From positions 420,522 to 484,521 of the forward strand of contig CAWCRS010000001.1 of NCBI GenBank assembly GCA_963798085.1: a stretch of 64,000 nucleotides of DNA, read 5' to 3'. Source of the DNA: an uncultured Gemmatimonadales bacterium. GTDB lineage: Bacteria; Gemmatimonadota; Gemmatimonadetes; Longimicrobiales; RSA9. Both the position numbers and the translations under genes were made by a program. Positions 10,718 to 21,489 of the stretch are shown here, piece after piece. How positions within the stretch are numbered: the stretch's first letter is position 1; each line of letters begins with the position of its first letter. Below the pieces are notes generated by a model, which was not told where the DNA came from, did not search any database, and saw nothing but the letters and a program-made list of their open reading frames with translations.

Positions 10718-11789
10718 GGCTCGCCCGCGCGACCTGGGCGTCCGCTTCGACGGCGAGCCCGGTCCCTGGAACGCGATCACCGACGTCGCCGGTGTCGCCG
10801 TGGGCCACACTACGCTCGTTTCGGGTGAGGGCAAACTCACTGTTGGACAGGGCCCCGTGCGCACCGGCGTCACCGCAATCCTGCCAAGACGCGAAGCGCC
10901 GCGCGACCCGGTGTTTGCCGCGTGGTACGCGCTCAACGGCAATGGCGACCTGACGGGTGCGCTGTGGCTCAGGGAATCGGGGTTCCTCGAGGGGCCGCTG
11001 GCCATCACCAACACGCACAGCGTGGGCGTTGTGCGCAATGCCATCATCGCGTGGCAGGTAGAGCGCGAGGCACTGCTGCAGCCGTGGTCACAGCCCGTCG
11101 TAGCCGAGACCTACGACGGCTGGCTCAACGACGTCAACGGCTTCCATGTGCGCCGCGAGCACGTCTTTGCGGCCCTCGATAACGCCGCGTCAGGGCCGGT
11201 CGTGGAGGGCAATGTGGGCGGTGGGACGGGCATGATGTGTTACGGCTTCAAGGGCGGCATCGGCACTGCCTCCCGCCGGCTCACGTCTGCCGCTGGCGGC
11301 TGGACACTCGGTGTGCTGGCGCAGTGCAACTTCGGCACGCGCGATCAGCTGCGCATTGATGGCGTGCCCATTGGCCGGCTGCTGCAGGGAGATGCGTCGT
11401 CTGACAGCCGCCCGGATGATACGCTCGGTTCCATCGTCGTGGTCGTGGCGACCAATGCGCCGCTGCTGCCGCACCAGCTGGAGCGCATCGCGCGGCGCGT
11501 GCCGCTCGGTATTGCGCGCACGGGCGCCACATCGGCGAACGGCTCCGGCGACATCTTCATCGCCTTCTCCACCGCCAACCCGGGCGCGGGTCTGACCACG
11601 CCGGTCGCGCGTGTCGGCAGCCTGGCGAATCCGCTCATGAACCCGCTTTTTGACGCCACCGTCCAGACCACCGAGGAGGCAATCCTTAACGCGCTGTTTG
11701 CCGCCCGCACCATGGTCGGGCGCGACGACCACCGCGTCGAGGCCATCCCGATTCCCCGCGTTCTGAAGCTGCTGCCCGGGTACGGCTGA
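10701..11789 (+). CDS. dmpA: P1/S58 family peptidase (DmpA-like L-aminopeptidase/D-esterase)
   Basis: RPRDLG, NAITDVAGVAVGH, EGNVGGGTGM, G|SIVVVVATNAPL cleavage site. Confidence 0.9.
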   Translation: MPERAEARPRDLGVRFDGEPGPWNAITDVAGVAVGHTTLVSGEGKLTVGQGPVRTGVTAILPRREAPRDPVFAAWYALNGNGDLTGALWLRESGFLEGPLAITNTHSVGVVRNAIIAWQVEREALLQPWSQPVVAETYDGWLNDVNGFHVRREHVFAALDNAASGPVVEGNVGGGTGMMCYGFKGGIGTASRRLTSAAGGWTLGVLAQCNFGTRDQLRIDGVPIGRLLQGDASSDSRPDDTLGSIVVVVATNAPLLPHQLERIARRVPLGIARTGATSANGSGDIFIAFSTANPGAGLTTPVARVGSLANPLMNPLFDATVQTTEEAILNALFAARTMVGRDDHRVEAIPIPRVLKLLPGYG

Positions 11790-12046
11790 TCGGCAAATGT
11801 TGGCAGGCTGCGGAACCGTCGTTGCGCGTTGAGACTCATCGGCTGCAGCAACTGGGCCGCTTCGGAGTGAACGGAGGCGTGATCGTCGCCTGCAATGAAC
11901 ACTCGAGCAGCGACAGCATGTCGGTAATCAGCGGCAGGCGGTTGCCCCGGCTGTGAACGCCCCCCAGCAGGCCGACCAGGTGCGCATCCAGGCACAACGT
12001 CGCCTGCGCCGGCCCAAGCGCGCAAACGCCTCTCCCGAAGCGTCGC

Positions 12047-13372
12047 CTATCCGCCAGCCTGTTGCAAACGGTACCTGACGACAAACTCGACATCGTTCTC
12101 GTCGCGCAGGATGCCGACGAAGGCGTCGTGGCTGATCCAGCGTGGCGACACACCCGGTGGCATGCGGAGGGTCGCGCGATAGCGGCCATCGCGGTCGAAT
12201 ACATCGTAGTAGAAGGGCGTCTGCGGCGTTCCCGGGATGGTCTCATAGTTCGCAATGTCGAAATGCACGTCCAGCCGCTGCACCCACAGCTCGCCGTCGC
12301 CGGAGATGTCAATGCGGCGCGTGGGCGGAAAGAACGGCGCGCGCGGAGCGTTGGCCTGGTACCTCTTCGCCGTGACCAGCGGATCATACGCGCCGGGGCG
12401 CGAGCGGGGTGCTGCCGCCACGCGGCGGACGTACTCGTCGACGTGCGCTTCCGTCACCGCGACTTCCCTGAACGCGCGCGAAATGACGCGCGTGAGTCGG
12501 CCGTCGAGATCATGGACGTAAATGCGGTAGGGATAACCCGGATTCAGCCAGAAGCGGCCGCTGCCGTCGAGCCCCCACCACACGCCCTGCGCAAACAGCT
12601 CGGGGTATCCCCCCACGCCTTCCGCGGTCTGCGCATACTTGATTGGACCGTTCTCCCACGACAACCGGCCGCGCAGTGCGGCGTCCAGCCGCGCCGGGTC
12701 TGTGTATGCCGTGGCCAGCACGTGCATGTCGACACGACCGACGCGCGTGGTGTCGCGCGTCACGGTTCCGGGTGTTGGCGGCTTGCGCGGGCCGCCGAAC
12801 GGCACGAACCACACGGACCAGCCCTCCTCGCTGCCGCCCAGCGGATAGGCTACGCGATTGTCGGGCAGCGCCAACGGGAATTGCGACAGGAAGTGACCGG
12901 CCGTGTCGAACAACGCGAAGCGCAGGCGCTGTCCATCGGAAACGCCCAGCGTGTCCTTCCAGATCGCGACCGCGTTCACCAATGTGAATTCGCCGGGCCC
13001 GTTGCCTTTGCTCCCAATGTCGCGCAGCCAGTGGCCCTGCGCATCGTATTCACGCACCAATGCGCTGCCGCCATTCGCAACAAGAATGCGGCCGAGATCA
13101 TCAACCGCGATCCCGTTGATGCGGAAGAATTGATACGCCTCGGGCCCGTCCACCTGGCCAATGCGCAGATCCTCAATGGGCTGGATCGCCGCGGTGTCGA
13201 AGCCGGCGTACAGGTTGCGCACCAGCTGCACGCCCGCGCTGTCGACTACCTGCACGCCCGCGCGCCTCGTGCCCTCCGTTCCAGCGCACGCAGCCGCGAC
13301 CGCGAGCACCGCGCACGCGCTTGCACGCGCGTGATGCCTGCCTGTAAGCCGGCCCTGCCGGGCTCCGTCCAT
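12047..13372 (-). CDS. 6-bladed beta-propeller lipoprotein; start uncertain
   Basis: IGSKGNGPGEF repeat, YDVFDRDGRY, lipobox-like AAAC. Confidence 0.7.
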   Translation of the reverse strand: MDGARQGRLTGRHHARASACAVLAVAAACAGTEGTRRAGVQVVDSAGVQLVRNLYAGFDTAAIQPIEDLRIGQVDGPEAYQFFRINGIAVDDLGRILVANGGSALVREYDAQGHWLRDIGSKGNGPGEFTLVNAVAIWKDTLGVSDGQRLRFALFDTAGHFLSQFPLALPDNRVAYPLGGSEEGWSVWFVPFGGPRKPPTPGTVTRDTTRVGRVDMHVLATAYTDPARLDAALRGRLSWENGPIKYAQTAEGVGGYPELFAQGVWWGLDGSGRFWLNPGYPYRIYVHDLDGRLTRVISRAFREVAVTEAHVDEYVRRVAAAPRSRPGAYDPLVTAKRYQANAPRAPFFPPTRRIDISGDGELWVQRLDVHFDIANYETIPGTPQTPFYYDVFDRDGRYRATLRMPPGVSPRWISHDAFVGILRDENDVEFVVRYRLQQAGG

Positions 13373-13600
13373 GCGACGACACATCGTCGACCCGTCGTCG
13401 CCTGCAATCGGTTCCGCTGCTGCACGGTTACGGTCAATGGTGCGCATGGCTGCCAGCCTTCTCTTTTTCGGTGCCGGGGACGAGGGACAACGGAGCGTGG
13501 AGCCAGGCCCACACTAACCCCGCCCCCCACCTGCCCGCCACGATGGCCTCGCCCGGACCGCCTCCGTCACCTAACTTCAGTCACTCACAAGGAGCGAAAC

Positions 13601-14410
13601 ATGGACTGGGGCCTCGCCAACCGACTGGGCCGCATCATCAAGCCGGCCGACGGACGCACTGTCATGCTCGCCGTGGATCACGGCTATTTTCTCGGACCGA
13701 TCCATGGACTGGAGAAACCGGGCGACACGGTGGCACCGCTGATTCCCCATGCCGACGCGCTCATGCTCACACGCGGCGTGCTGCGCAACTGCATCGCTCC
13801 GGGTGAGGACGTGCCCGTCGTGTTGCGCGTATCGGGCGGCTCCAGCATTGTCGGCGAAGACCTCTCTAACGAAGACTTAACGACCTCGGTGCGCGACGCG
13901 GTGCGCCTCAACGCCAGTGCCGTCGCCATGTCCGTGTTCGTCGGCTCGGCCCACGAGCAGCAGACGCTCACCAACCTCGCCCGCCTGGTCAATGAGGCCC
14001 TCGACGTATCCATGCCCGTGCTCGCCGTGACCGCTGTGGGAAAGGAGCTGGAGAAGCGCGACGCACGCTACCTCGGCCTCTGCTGCCGCATTGTCGCGGA
14101 GCTGGGTGCGACATTCGTGAAGACGTACTACTGCGAGGGCTTCGAGCACGTCACCGGTTCGTGCCCGATTCCGGTCGTGATCGCCGGCGGCCCGAAGCTC
14201 AACACCGTTCTCGATGCGCTGGAGCTGGCGCACAGTGCGCTGCAGCAGGGTGCGGTGGGTGTGGACATGGGCCGCAATGTGTGGCAGTCGCCGCACCCGG
14301 TGCCCATGATCCGCGCGCTGCGCGCGATCGTGCACAATGGTGCGAGCGTGGGTGAGGCGCACGAGATGCTGCTCGAGCTGACGCACGGCGGAGCGCCGCA
14401 GCCCGTGTGA
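13601..14410 (+). CDS. lsrF: LsrF-like thiolase / class I aldolase (DeoC/LacD family)
   Basis: MDWGLANRL, MLAVDHGYF, IAGGPK, GVDMGRNVWQ; SD AAGGAG upstream. Confidence 0.88.
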   Translation: MDWGLANRLGRIIKPADGRTVMLAVDHGYFLGPIHGLEKPGDTVAPLIPHADALMLTRGVLRNCIAPGEDVPVVLRVSGGSSIVGEDLSNEDLTTSVRDAVRLNASAVAMSVFVGSAHEQQTLTNLARLVNEALDVSMPVLAVTAVGKELEKRDARYLGLCCRIVAELGATFVKTYYCEGFEHVTGSCPIPVVIAGGPKLNTVLDALELAHSALQQGAVGVDMGRNVWQSPHPVPMIRALRAIVHNGASVGEAHEMLLELTHGGAPQPV

Positions 14411-14414
14411 GTGC

Positions 14415-15470
14415 ATGCCGCTTCCCCGCCTGAACCGGGTCGCGGTCTATCACAACAACCGCGACGTGCGCGTTGAGACACGCCCGATGCCTGCGACAGG
14501 CGACGGCGAACTGCTGATCGAGGTGCTCGCCAGCGGCATCTGCGGCAGCGACCTGCTGGAATGGTATCGTCTGCCGAAAGCACCGCTGATCCTCGGGCAT
14601 GAAGTGGCCGGTCGCGTGGTCGCGCGCGGGCCCGGCGTCGATCGCTTCCCCGAAGGTACCCGCGTCGTCGCCACGCACCACGTGCCCTGCTTCGCGTGCG
14701 CGTATTGCGCCAGTGGTCGCGAGACCATGTGCGAGCTGCTGCGCCACACCAACTGGGACCCGGGCGGTTTCGCCGACTACATCCGTCTGCCCGCGATCAA
14801 CGTGCAGCGCGGCACACTGGCGATTCCCGACCATGTCTCCGACGCTGCGGCCAGCTTCACGGAACCGTTTGGCTGTGCGCTGCGCGGCCAGCGCAAGCTC
14901 GGCGTTAGTGAGGGCGCCAGCGTCCTCATTCTGGGGTGTGGCGTGTCGGGCTGCCTGCACCTGCTCGCGGCCCGGTTGCGCGGCGCGGGCCGCGTCATCA
15001 TGACGGATCCGCAGCCCGCCCGTCGCCGGTTCGCCGAAACACTGGGCGCCGACCTCGTGCTGGATGCGCGTGCGCCGGTGGCGCAGACGGTGCGCGACAC
15101 GCTCGGGCAGGGCGCCGATTACGTGATTGCCACGACGGGTGCCCCCGCCGCCATCGATCAGGCGCTGAACGCAGTCGACCGCGGCGGCAGTGTGCTGTTC
15201 TTCGCGCCCATGGGTCCGGACGTCCGCCTGCCGATCCCGTTCGATACACTCTTCTGGCGCAATGATGTCACGCTGACCAGCACCTACGGCGCTGCGCCGC
15301 GCGATCTCGCGGAAGCACTCGCCGCCATCGCCGGCAACTGCGCAGCATTCCAGCAGATGGTGACGCATACATTGCCGCTGGCCGGGATTCAGCGCGGGTT
15401 CGCGCTGATGCTGGAGGCGCAGCAGTCGCTCAAGATCATCATCGATCCCCGCCTCGACCGGCAGTCGTAA
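14415..15470 (+). CDS. Zinc-dependent alcohol/polyol dehydrogenase
   Basis: GICGSD, GHEVAG, CxxCxxC cluster, GCGVSG Rossmann motif. Confidence 0.9.
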   Translation: MPLPRLNRVAVYHNNRDVRVETRPMPATGDGELLIEVLASGICGSDLLEWYRLPKAPLILGHEVAGRVVARGPGVDRFPEGTRVVATHHVPCFACAYCASGRETMCELLRHTNWDPGGFADYIRLPAINVQRGTLAIPDHVSDAAASFTEPFGCALRGQRKLGVSEGASVLILGCGVSGCLHLLAARLRGAGRVIMTDPQPARRRFAETLGADLVLDARAPVAQTVRDTLGQGADYVIATTGAPAAIDQALNAVDRGGSVLFFAPMGPDVRLPIPFDTLFWRNDVTLTSTYGAAPRDLAEALAAIAGNCAAFQQMVTHTLPLAGIQRGFALMLEAQQSLKIIIDPRLDRQS

Positions 15471-15538
15471 TGGCTCGTACCGCTGCGCAGGCGCGGGTCC
15501 GGACAATGACATCGCTGTAGACATGACCGGGCTCGAGC

Positions 15539-17600
15539 CTACCCGGTGGCGATCTCCAGCACGCGCTCCACCACCACCCGCCGCCCCGTGGCCCGGTCCA
15601 TGACCGTGATGCGGATGCGGTGGGCGCCGGGTGTGAGCGCACTGCCATCGACCACGCGCGTCTGCTGCACGCCGAACACGGGATCCGGCGCACCCGCCTG
15701 CTCGCGGAAGCTGAAGCGCAATGCGTGCTGCCGGCCGAATACGGAGCGCAGCCGGTCGAAGACACCCCCAGCCAGCGGCTCGATCTCCAACTCCGTGTCA
15801 TAGCTGCTGCCCGCCTGCAGGCCGTACAGCTCGTAGTAGAGCGTGAAGCTCTCGCCCGGTCGGTACACCCGCTGCGGCGCCAGTGACAGATGCACATCCC
15901 CGCGTGTGAACGAGCCTGCGCCGTCGCGCGGCGAGATGACGATATCGCTGGCCGTCAGGCTGTCCGGCGGGAAGGTGCGCACATCGATCTGGCCGGCGAC
16001 AATGCGCCCCGCCTCGCGACCGTCGCTTTCCAGGCCGACGCGCAGGGCCACGGCTGCGCCCGCGGGCGCCACTGTCACCGTGTGGAACAATAACAGCGCG
16101 TCAGGAGCCAGCTCGGTGCCCCGGAACTGCTGCGGCGTGCGGGTAGTGCGCACCCAGCCGTCGGTCGTGTCCGCCAGATCGAGCGACACCGTGGCGGCGA
16201 AATTGCCGTGCGCATCACGCAACGCCTCGGCCAATGCCGCCGGCACAGCCACGGCCGCGACCACTTGCGCGAGTCCATCGGCGCCGCGGAACTGCAACGC
16301 TTCCCAGGCCAGCGCCAGAATGCGTGCTGTATGGCGGGTAATACCACTCGCCGCGCAAGGCGCGATTCTGCGCCTGCGCCATGCGCAGCCGCCCGCCCGG
16401 TTCGCGCAGCTGACGCGCGCGGGAGCGACCCTCAGGAGTCTGCATGCAGGCGTCCGGGCTGGGCTGCAGTGCCGGCGGCAGACTGTCGATGCCGGGACCA
16501 CAGTACGTGAGTCGGGCGACACGGTCCGCGTCACCGTCCCGCACGAGCGTCAGCATGCTCATGTCGGCAACGCCCAGTTGGCGCACATCGCCCAGCCCGT
16601 CGCCGGCCGCACGCGCACCCATCATCGGTTTGCCAACCGACGCATCGGCCGCGTCTGCCAGGCGGCGGAAATGCGCACCCAGCCGCTCACGCACGGGCAC
16701 ACCCGCCAGCGCCGCACGCGTGTTCCAGAAGCGACGCAGCCAATCCCTGCGCTGTGTCAGATCGGCAGCTGCCCAGCTCGCCGCCTCGCGCGGCGTGACC
16801 AGAGCACGCAGCGGCTGGTAATAGACTGTTGCGCCCGCCTCGGTAAGAGCATCGATGCCCGCGAAATAGCTGTCCGCGGCCGCCGCGTCATCAATCCCCG
16901 CGTCGAATTGCGCGATGGCCAGCGCATGTCTTGCCTCCGAGGCGTTCGCGCCGTGCGCCAATGCTGCTTCTGCCAGAGCGATGGCAGCATCGTGTTCGCC
17001 CATGCGATTCTGCATTCGGGCCGCCAGCAGCAGCGCCGGACCATTGAGCCGTCGTCGAGGTGTGCCCAGCGCCCGCGCGGCCTCGTGCATGAGCTTCGCG
17101 TCACCGAGATCCAGCGCCAGACTGCCCAGCTCCAGCGCCGCCGCATCGAGCGACGCATCCAGCTCGAGCGCGCGGCGCAGCTCGGGCGCCGCGTCAGCGG
17201 CCGCCCTGCTGTGGGGATCCACGAAGTAGATGGAACGATCGGCATAGGCGCGTACGCGCAGATCGGGCCCCCTCGCCAGCGCCACGCCCAGACCGAAGTG
17301 CGCCCACGCATCCGCAGACGAGGCCGCGACTGCGCGCCGCAGCACCCGCACAGCCTCGTGCGCGTCAGCCGTGTTGTACGTCAAGTCGTAGTGCCGCACG
17401 AGCGCCAATGCCCGTACAACATCGACGTCAATGCCTCTGCGGATCGCTGCGGGCGGATGCACGCGTGCGAGAGCGGCCGGCGTCGTCGCCTGCTGCAGTT
17501 CCCGCCAGTAGCCCGCGAGTTCGTGCTCCTGTCCGTGTGCGGGTCCGGCGACCAGCAGGGCAAGCAGGGCAGCCAGCAGGTTGAGTACCCGACGCGTCAA
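15539..17600 (-). CDS. Secreted TPR / GWxTD-like domain protein; frameshift near 16350
   Basis: Signal peptide, TPR-like helices, RRFW...ERLGAHFRRL segment, C-terminal LYYELYGL Ig-like domain in the second frame. Confidence 0.6.
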
Positions 17601-17732
17601 CTGACACTCCGTTAGAGGAGCTCGGAAATGCGCGGCTCAGTGCCCGTCCGCGGGGTCACGGCGCAATATGGCGGAGTGGCCCTGGCAGACGAATGCTGGT
17701 CCTTCCAGCCGTCGCAATGGTGTCTCCAGCCG

Positions 17733-17964
17733 TCGGACCGTCTTGGCGTTCTTGGCAAAGTACACATTCAGCCATGCCGGACGCTGGACCAGGCGCGGCC
17801 AAAGCACCGCAGCGCATGCGCCTGCTACGACGCGCTATGGCAATGCGGCGCCACGGCGTTAGAATGCGATGCGTATACTTGGGTCCTGTCACGGTCAGGC
17901 CCCGATTCAGACCACCGCTGCATTGCTGAAACGGCCATAACCCAAGAACGCCAAGACGGTCCGA
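17733..17964. repeat. Hairpin/REPIN- or MITE-like element, copy 2
   Basis: Perfect 23-bp IR TCGGACCGTCTTGGCGTTCTTGG / CCAAGAACGCCAAGACGGTCCGA. Confidence 0.8.
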
Positions 17965-17968
17965 AGAC

Positions 17969-18004
17969 AAACCGGCCGGCCGCGAACCCGCGACCGGCCG
18001 TTTT
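17969..18004. terminator. Probable intrinsic terminator downstream of the metalloprotease (possibly bidirectional)
   Basis: GC-rich hairpin AAACCGGCCGGCCGCG-AACC-CGCGACCGGCCGTTTT. Confidence 0.55.
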
Positions 18005-18046
18005 CCTTACTGCCGGCGGCGGGCAGCCAGCCCGCCGGGCCCGGGC

Positions 18047-20686
18047 TCAGCCGCCTTCTTCGCCGCCCTCGTCTGCGGATGCAGCCTTGCCCTTCAACGC
18101 CTCGGCAATGCGGTGCCGCAGATCCTCGAGATGCGCCCGGGTCATGCCGGACGTCTTCGGGATGGCGCCCTTGATGTCGTTGTCCAGCAATGTCAGTTCG
18201 GCGCGCGCCGCCGCATTGATGTCCGACAGCTTGGGATCCAGCTGCGGGCCACCACCACGACCGCCCCGGCCGCCACCACCCGCACGACCGGCGGCTGCCG
18301 CGTTCGCGGGCGGGGGATTCAGCTTCTGATTCAGGTTCTCGATGTAGGCACGCTGCAGCGAACGGCGGTACACGTCGATGTTGCCGCCGCTCTTGAGCTC
18401 ACTGAACAGGCCGCCGCGCACGTCGTGCAACAGCTCTGTTATCGGGTAGTATGCGGCAGTGTTGGACTCGAACTCGCTCATGCGCATCAGCTTCCCGTTC
18501 TGCAGCAGCTGATTCAGGATGCCGGATTGCGCACTTACGATGCGCGCGACTTCGCCGCTCGGCTCAATGCGTCGCAGCACGTCGTCGACCAGGAAGAAGC
18601 CGGGCGTCTGGAAAGCGTTCTCGTTCAGGAAATCCACCGCTGCCTTCTGCTGCGGCTTGCTCACCGGCGAGAACACCACGCCCTGCTGACTGCCGTACTT
18701 GTCCTGTGAGTCGACGCCGCCCACGATGTTCGTGACGTGCGCCAGCTCGGTGCGCCACTGACCGATCAGGCGACCGTACAGGTCACGCAGATCGTCGTAA
18801 TTCTCGGTTGGCTTGGTGGTGGCCGGAATCAGGTACGCCACCTCACGCTTGATGTTCTTGATGCCCCAGCCCGTGGCCTTCACGGCGTCGGCATCACCCA
18901 CAGCCTCGGTCTCTTCGCCCGGGTCGGTGCCCGCCGAGTTGGCCGTCGAGAAGCGCAGGTACGGCTTCGTGTCCTGCTCGCGCGCCCACTGATCGAGCTG
19001 CGTGCGCTCGCTCTCGGGCGTCGCTTCCGGAATCGGCTTGTAACCCCACATTACGGCCCACTTGTCGTACACGCCGATGCCCGGCGTCAGCAGCTCGACG
19101 GGAACGTGATCCTCGGGCTGCACGAGATAGTTGAAACGCGAGTAGTCCATCAGCGTGGGTGTGTGTCCCCACTTTGCCAGGAACGTCGGGCTGCGCAGCG
19201 AGTCGACCGGGTAGTTCGAGCTGGCCACCATGTTGTGCTGGAAGCCCAGCGTGTGACCCACCTCGTGCGCCAGCACGTACTCGAGCAGCCGCCCCATCAG
19301 CGAGTCCGGGTACGGGAACTTCCTGGCCCGCGGATCCACCGCCGACGCCTGCGTGAAGTACCATGCGTTCTGCAGGTTCTCGACGTTCTGGTAGAACTGG
19401 ATGTGCGCTTCGAGGATCTCGCCGGAGCGCGGATCGTGCACGTTCGGGCCCGATGCGTTCTCCGTCGTGGACGGCAGCCAGCGCACCACCGAGTAGCGCG
19501 CATCTTCCGGCGACCAGTCGGGATCAGTCGGCGCATCCTTCGCCACGATCGCATTCTTGAAGCCGGCCGCCTCGAACGCGGGCTGCCAGTCCTCGATCGC
19601 CTTCTTGAGCCACGGCACCCAGCGCTTGGGTGTGGCCGGATCAATGTAGTAGACGATCTGCTTCACCGGCTCCGAAAGTGCCGCGCTCGGATCCTTCTTC
19701 TCCAGGCGATAGCGCGTGATGAAGCAGCGCTCGCGCACGCGGTCACCCGTCTCCGTGTAGTCCGTGTAGGTCTCCTGGAAATAGCCCACGCGATCATCGC
19801 AGAGCCGGGGCTGCATGGGTGTGTCGGGCAGCTTGTGGAAGCTCCAGCTCATAACGACAGTGTTGGACGGATTGTTGTTGGTCGCGCCGCCACGGCCACC
19901 CGCCGGCGCTGCCGCGCCCCGGCCGGCACCACCGCCACCCTGCTGCGCGAACGTCAGCGTTGCGCTGACATTCACGTTATCCGGGAAGGGCACCGCGGCG
20001 TCGATCCAGGAACGCGTGGCATCCACGTTGCCCGGAATGCGTCCGCCCGGGCTCAGCTCGGGCGGCGGCTGCGTGAACAGGCGGGACACGTCGATCACCA
20101 TCGAGCTGTCCGGCCCGAACGACTCGACGTTGAACACCGCAATGATCGGATTCACGTTGGCGTCCTGCACCGCGCGATACTCGGGTGTGCCCGGATCCGC
20201 CATCGCCTCGAACGACACACTGCGCAGGTACACGCGGTTGTCGCGCCGCTCCCAGCGGTAGACGCGATTGCTGATCGCCTGGCCGCCGTAGCCCGAGCCC
20301 AGCACCGTCTTCGCGATCTCCGTCACCAGCAGCTGGTCCCTGTCCAGCTGATCGCGCGGGATCTCGAACAGGAACTTGGTGCCCGAGTGGTGCACCTTGA
20401 ACAGGCCGGAACGCGTCTGCATGTCGCTCGTCACGACACGCGCGTACGGCTGCGGATTCGGCTCCGCCAGCGCACCGCCACCGCCGCCACCCTGTCCACC
20501 ACGCCCGCCTCGCTGCCCGAAATTGCCGGCCGGTGTTTCAGGATTTTCCGACTGCGGTGGAGGTGCTGCCGCCTGCCGCCCCCGACCCGCTGCCTGCGGC
20601 GCCGGAGCCGGGGGAGGCGCCGATTGGTGCGAGCACGCACCAACCGCGAGCAAGGCCGTCGCGGCCCAGATCGAAATAGCTCGCAT
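18047..20686 (-). CDS. Zinc-dependent metalloprotease lipoprotein (EcxA/DUF4953 with DUF5117/5118-like N-terminus)
   Basis: HEVGHTLGFQHN zinc motif, MDY Met-turn, PRLCDDRVGYF, lipobox VGAC. Confidence 0.9.
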   Translation of the reverse strand: MRAISIWAATALLAVGACSHQSAPPPAPAPQAAGRGRQAAAPPPQSENPETPAGNFGQRGGRGGQGGGGGGALAEPNPQPYARVVTSDMQTRSGLFKVHHSGTKFLFEIPRDQLDRDQLLVTEIAKTVLGSGYGGQAISNRVYRWERRDNRVYLRSVSFEAMADPGTPEYRAVQDANVNPIIAVFNVESFGPDSSMVIDVSRLFTQPPPELSPGGRIPGNVDATRSWIDAAVPFPDNVNVSATLTFAQQGGGGAGRGAAAPAGGRGGATNNNPSNTVVMSWSFHKLPDTPMQPRLCDDRVGYFQETYTDYTETGDRVRERCFITRYRLEKKDPSAALSEPVKQIVYYIDPATPKRWVPWLKKAIEDWQPAFEAAGFKNAIVAKDAPTDPDWSPEDARYSVVRWLPSTTENASGPNVHDPRSGEILEAHIQFYQNVENLQNAWYFTQASAVDPRARKFPYPDSLMGRLLEYVLAHEVGHTLGFQHNMVASSNYPVDSLRSPTFLAKWGHTPTLMDYSRFNYLVQPEDHVPVELLTPGIGVYDKWAVMWGYKPIPEATPESERTQLDQWAREQDTKPYLRFSTANSAGTDPGEETEAVGDADAVKATGWGIKNIKREVAYLIPATTKPTENYDDLRDLYGRLIGQWRTELAHVTNIVGGVDSQDKYGSQQGVVFSPVSKPQQKAAVDFLNENAFQTPGFFLVDDVLRRIEPSGEVARIVSAQSGILNQLLQNGKLMRMSEFESNTAAYYPITELLHDVRGGLFSELKSGGNIDVYRRSLQRAYIENLNQKLNPPPANAAAAGRAGGGGRGGRGGGPQLDPKLSDINAAARAELTLLDNDIKGAIPKTSGMTRAHLEDLRHRIAEALKGKAASADEGGEEGG

Positions 20687-21169
20687 AACGAATCCTGATG
20701 GAGGAGGAAGGACGCTGCTGCAACCTAATGCGTGGCAGACCCGCGACCGGCCGCTGCGGCGCGTCACCGGTCCGGCCACATGTTCGCATTGTCTGTCATT
20801 GATTCCGTCATGTCAAGCAAGCGCTTCGCCCCGCCTGCGGCGCGCTTTGCATGCATTGCGTGCTGGAGATGGATTGACGCTCCACCCGCCGATAGCGTTG
20901 GTGCGACGCTCCGTCTATCCCGGCACCCTGCCCGTACCCCCGCTACCTTGCCCGCGGGGGCCAAACCCTGGGGCTCTGACACGCACGGCGTCTCTACAGG
21001 CGGCCCGGTCCCGCCTCGACTTGCGGCCATGTCCTCTCTCGAGCGGTGCCGCAGCGGGTCTGGAGCCATGACGGTGCCCGGAGCCAGGACCCGGCGTCGA
21101 CCCTGCCGGATCCCGGCGGCCTCGAGGCTACGATCTGGCAGCAGGTCCGGGCATTGGCGGGTCGCATGC

Positions 21170-21313
21170 CCGGACCGTCTTGGCGTTCTTTCCTTTCGCT
21201 GCACCCTGGCATGCCTGCGACCCCCACGCGGATCGACTGACCACGTTGCCTGTCCCCTGGCGTCGTACCCATGGCAATCCGGGTCTGAAGGAGAGAATTC
21301 AATGCTGGTCCGA
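21170..21313. repeat. Hairpin element, copy 3 (degenerate right arm)
   Basis: Left arm CCGGACCGTCTTGGCGTTCTTTCCTT; partner at 21288-21313 matches about 18/26. Confidence 0.5.
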
Positions 21314-21489
21314 CAGCCTGGCCTGCAAGAAGGAACACAACGCTGGCTGGCAAAGTCCATCACTTGGGCGATGAGTCGCCCGTCATGGCCATGTCGTCGT
21401 TGGCGAGAATTGTGTGCCGGTGCAACAGCTGCCCATGCGGTGTTGACTTCAGGGCCACGGCGCCCGCAACCGGCCGGAAGGGAGGAGGA

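Noticed and set aside
12062..13600. 782-aa ORF suggesting a long N-terminal extension on LsrF
   Set aside because: It is the antisense shadow of the propeller gene; a clear SD and ATG lie at 13601.
20690..21170. Long GC-rich intergenic region as a riboswitch or ncRNA
   Set aside because: No recognisable SRP, RNase P, tmRNA or riboswitch consensus by eye; needs an Rfam scan.
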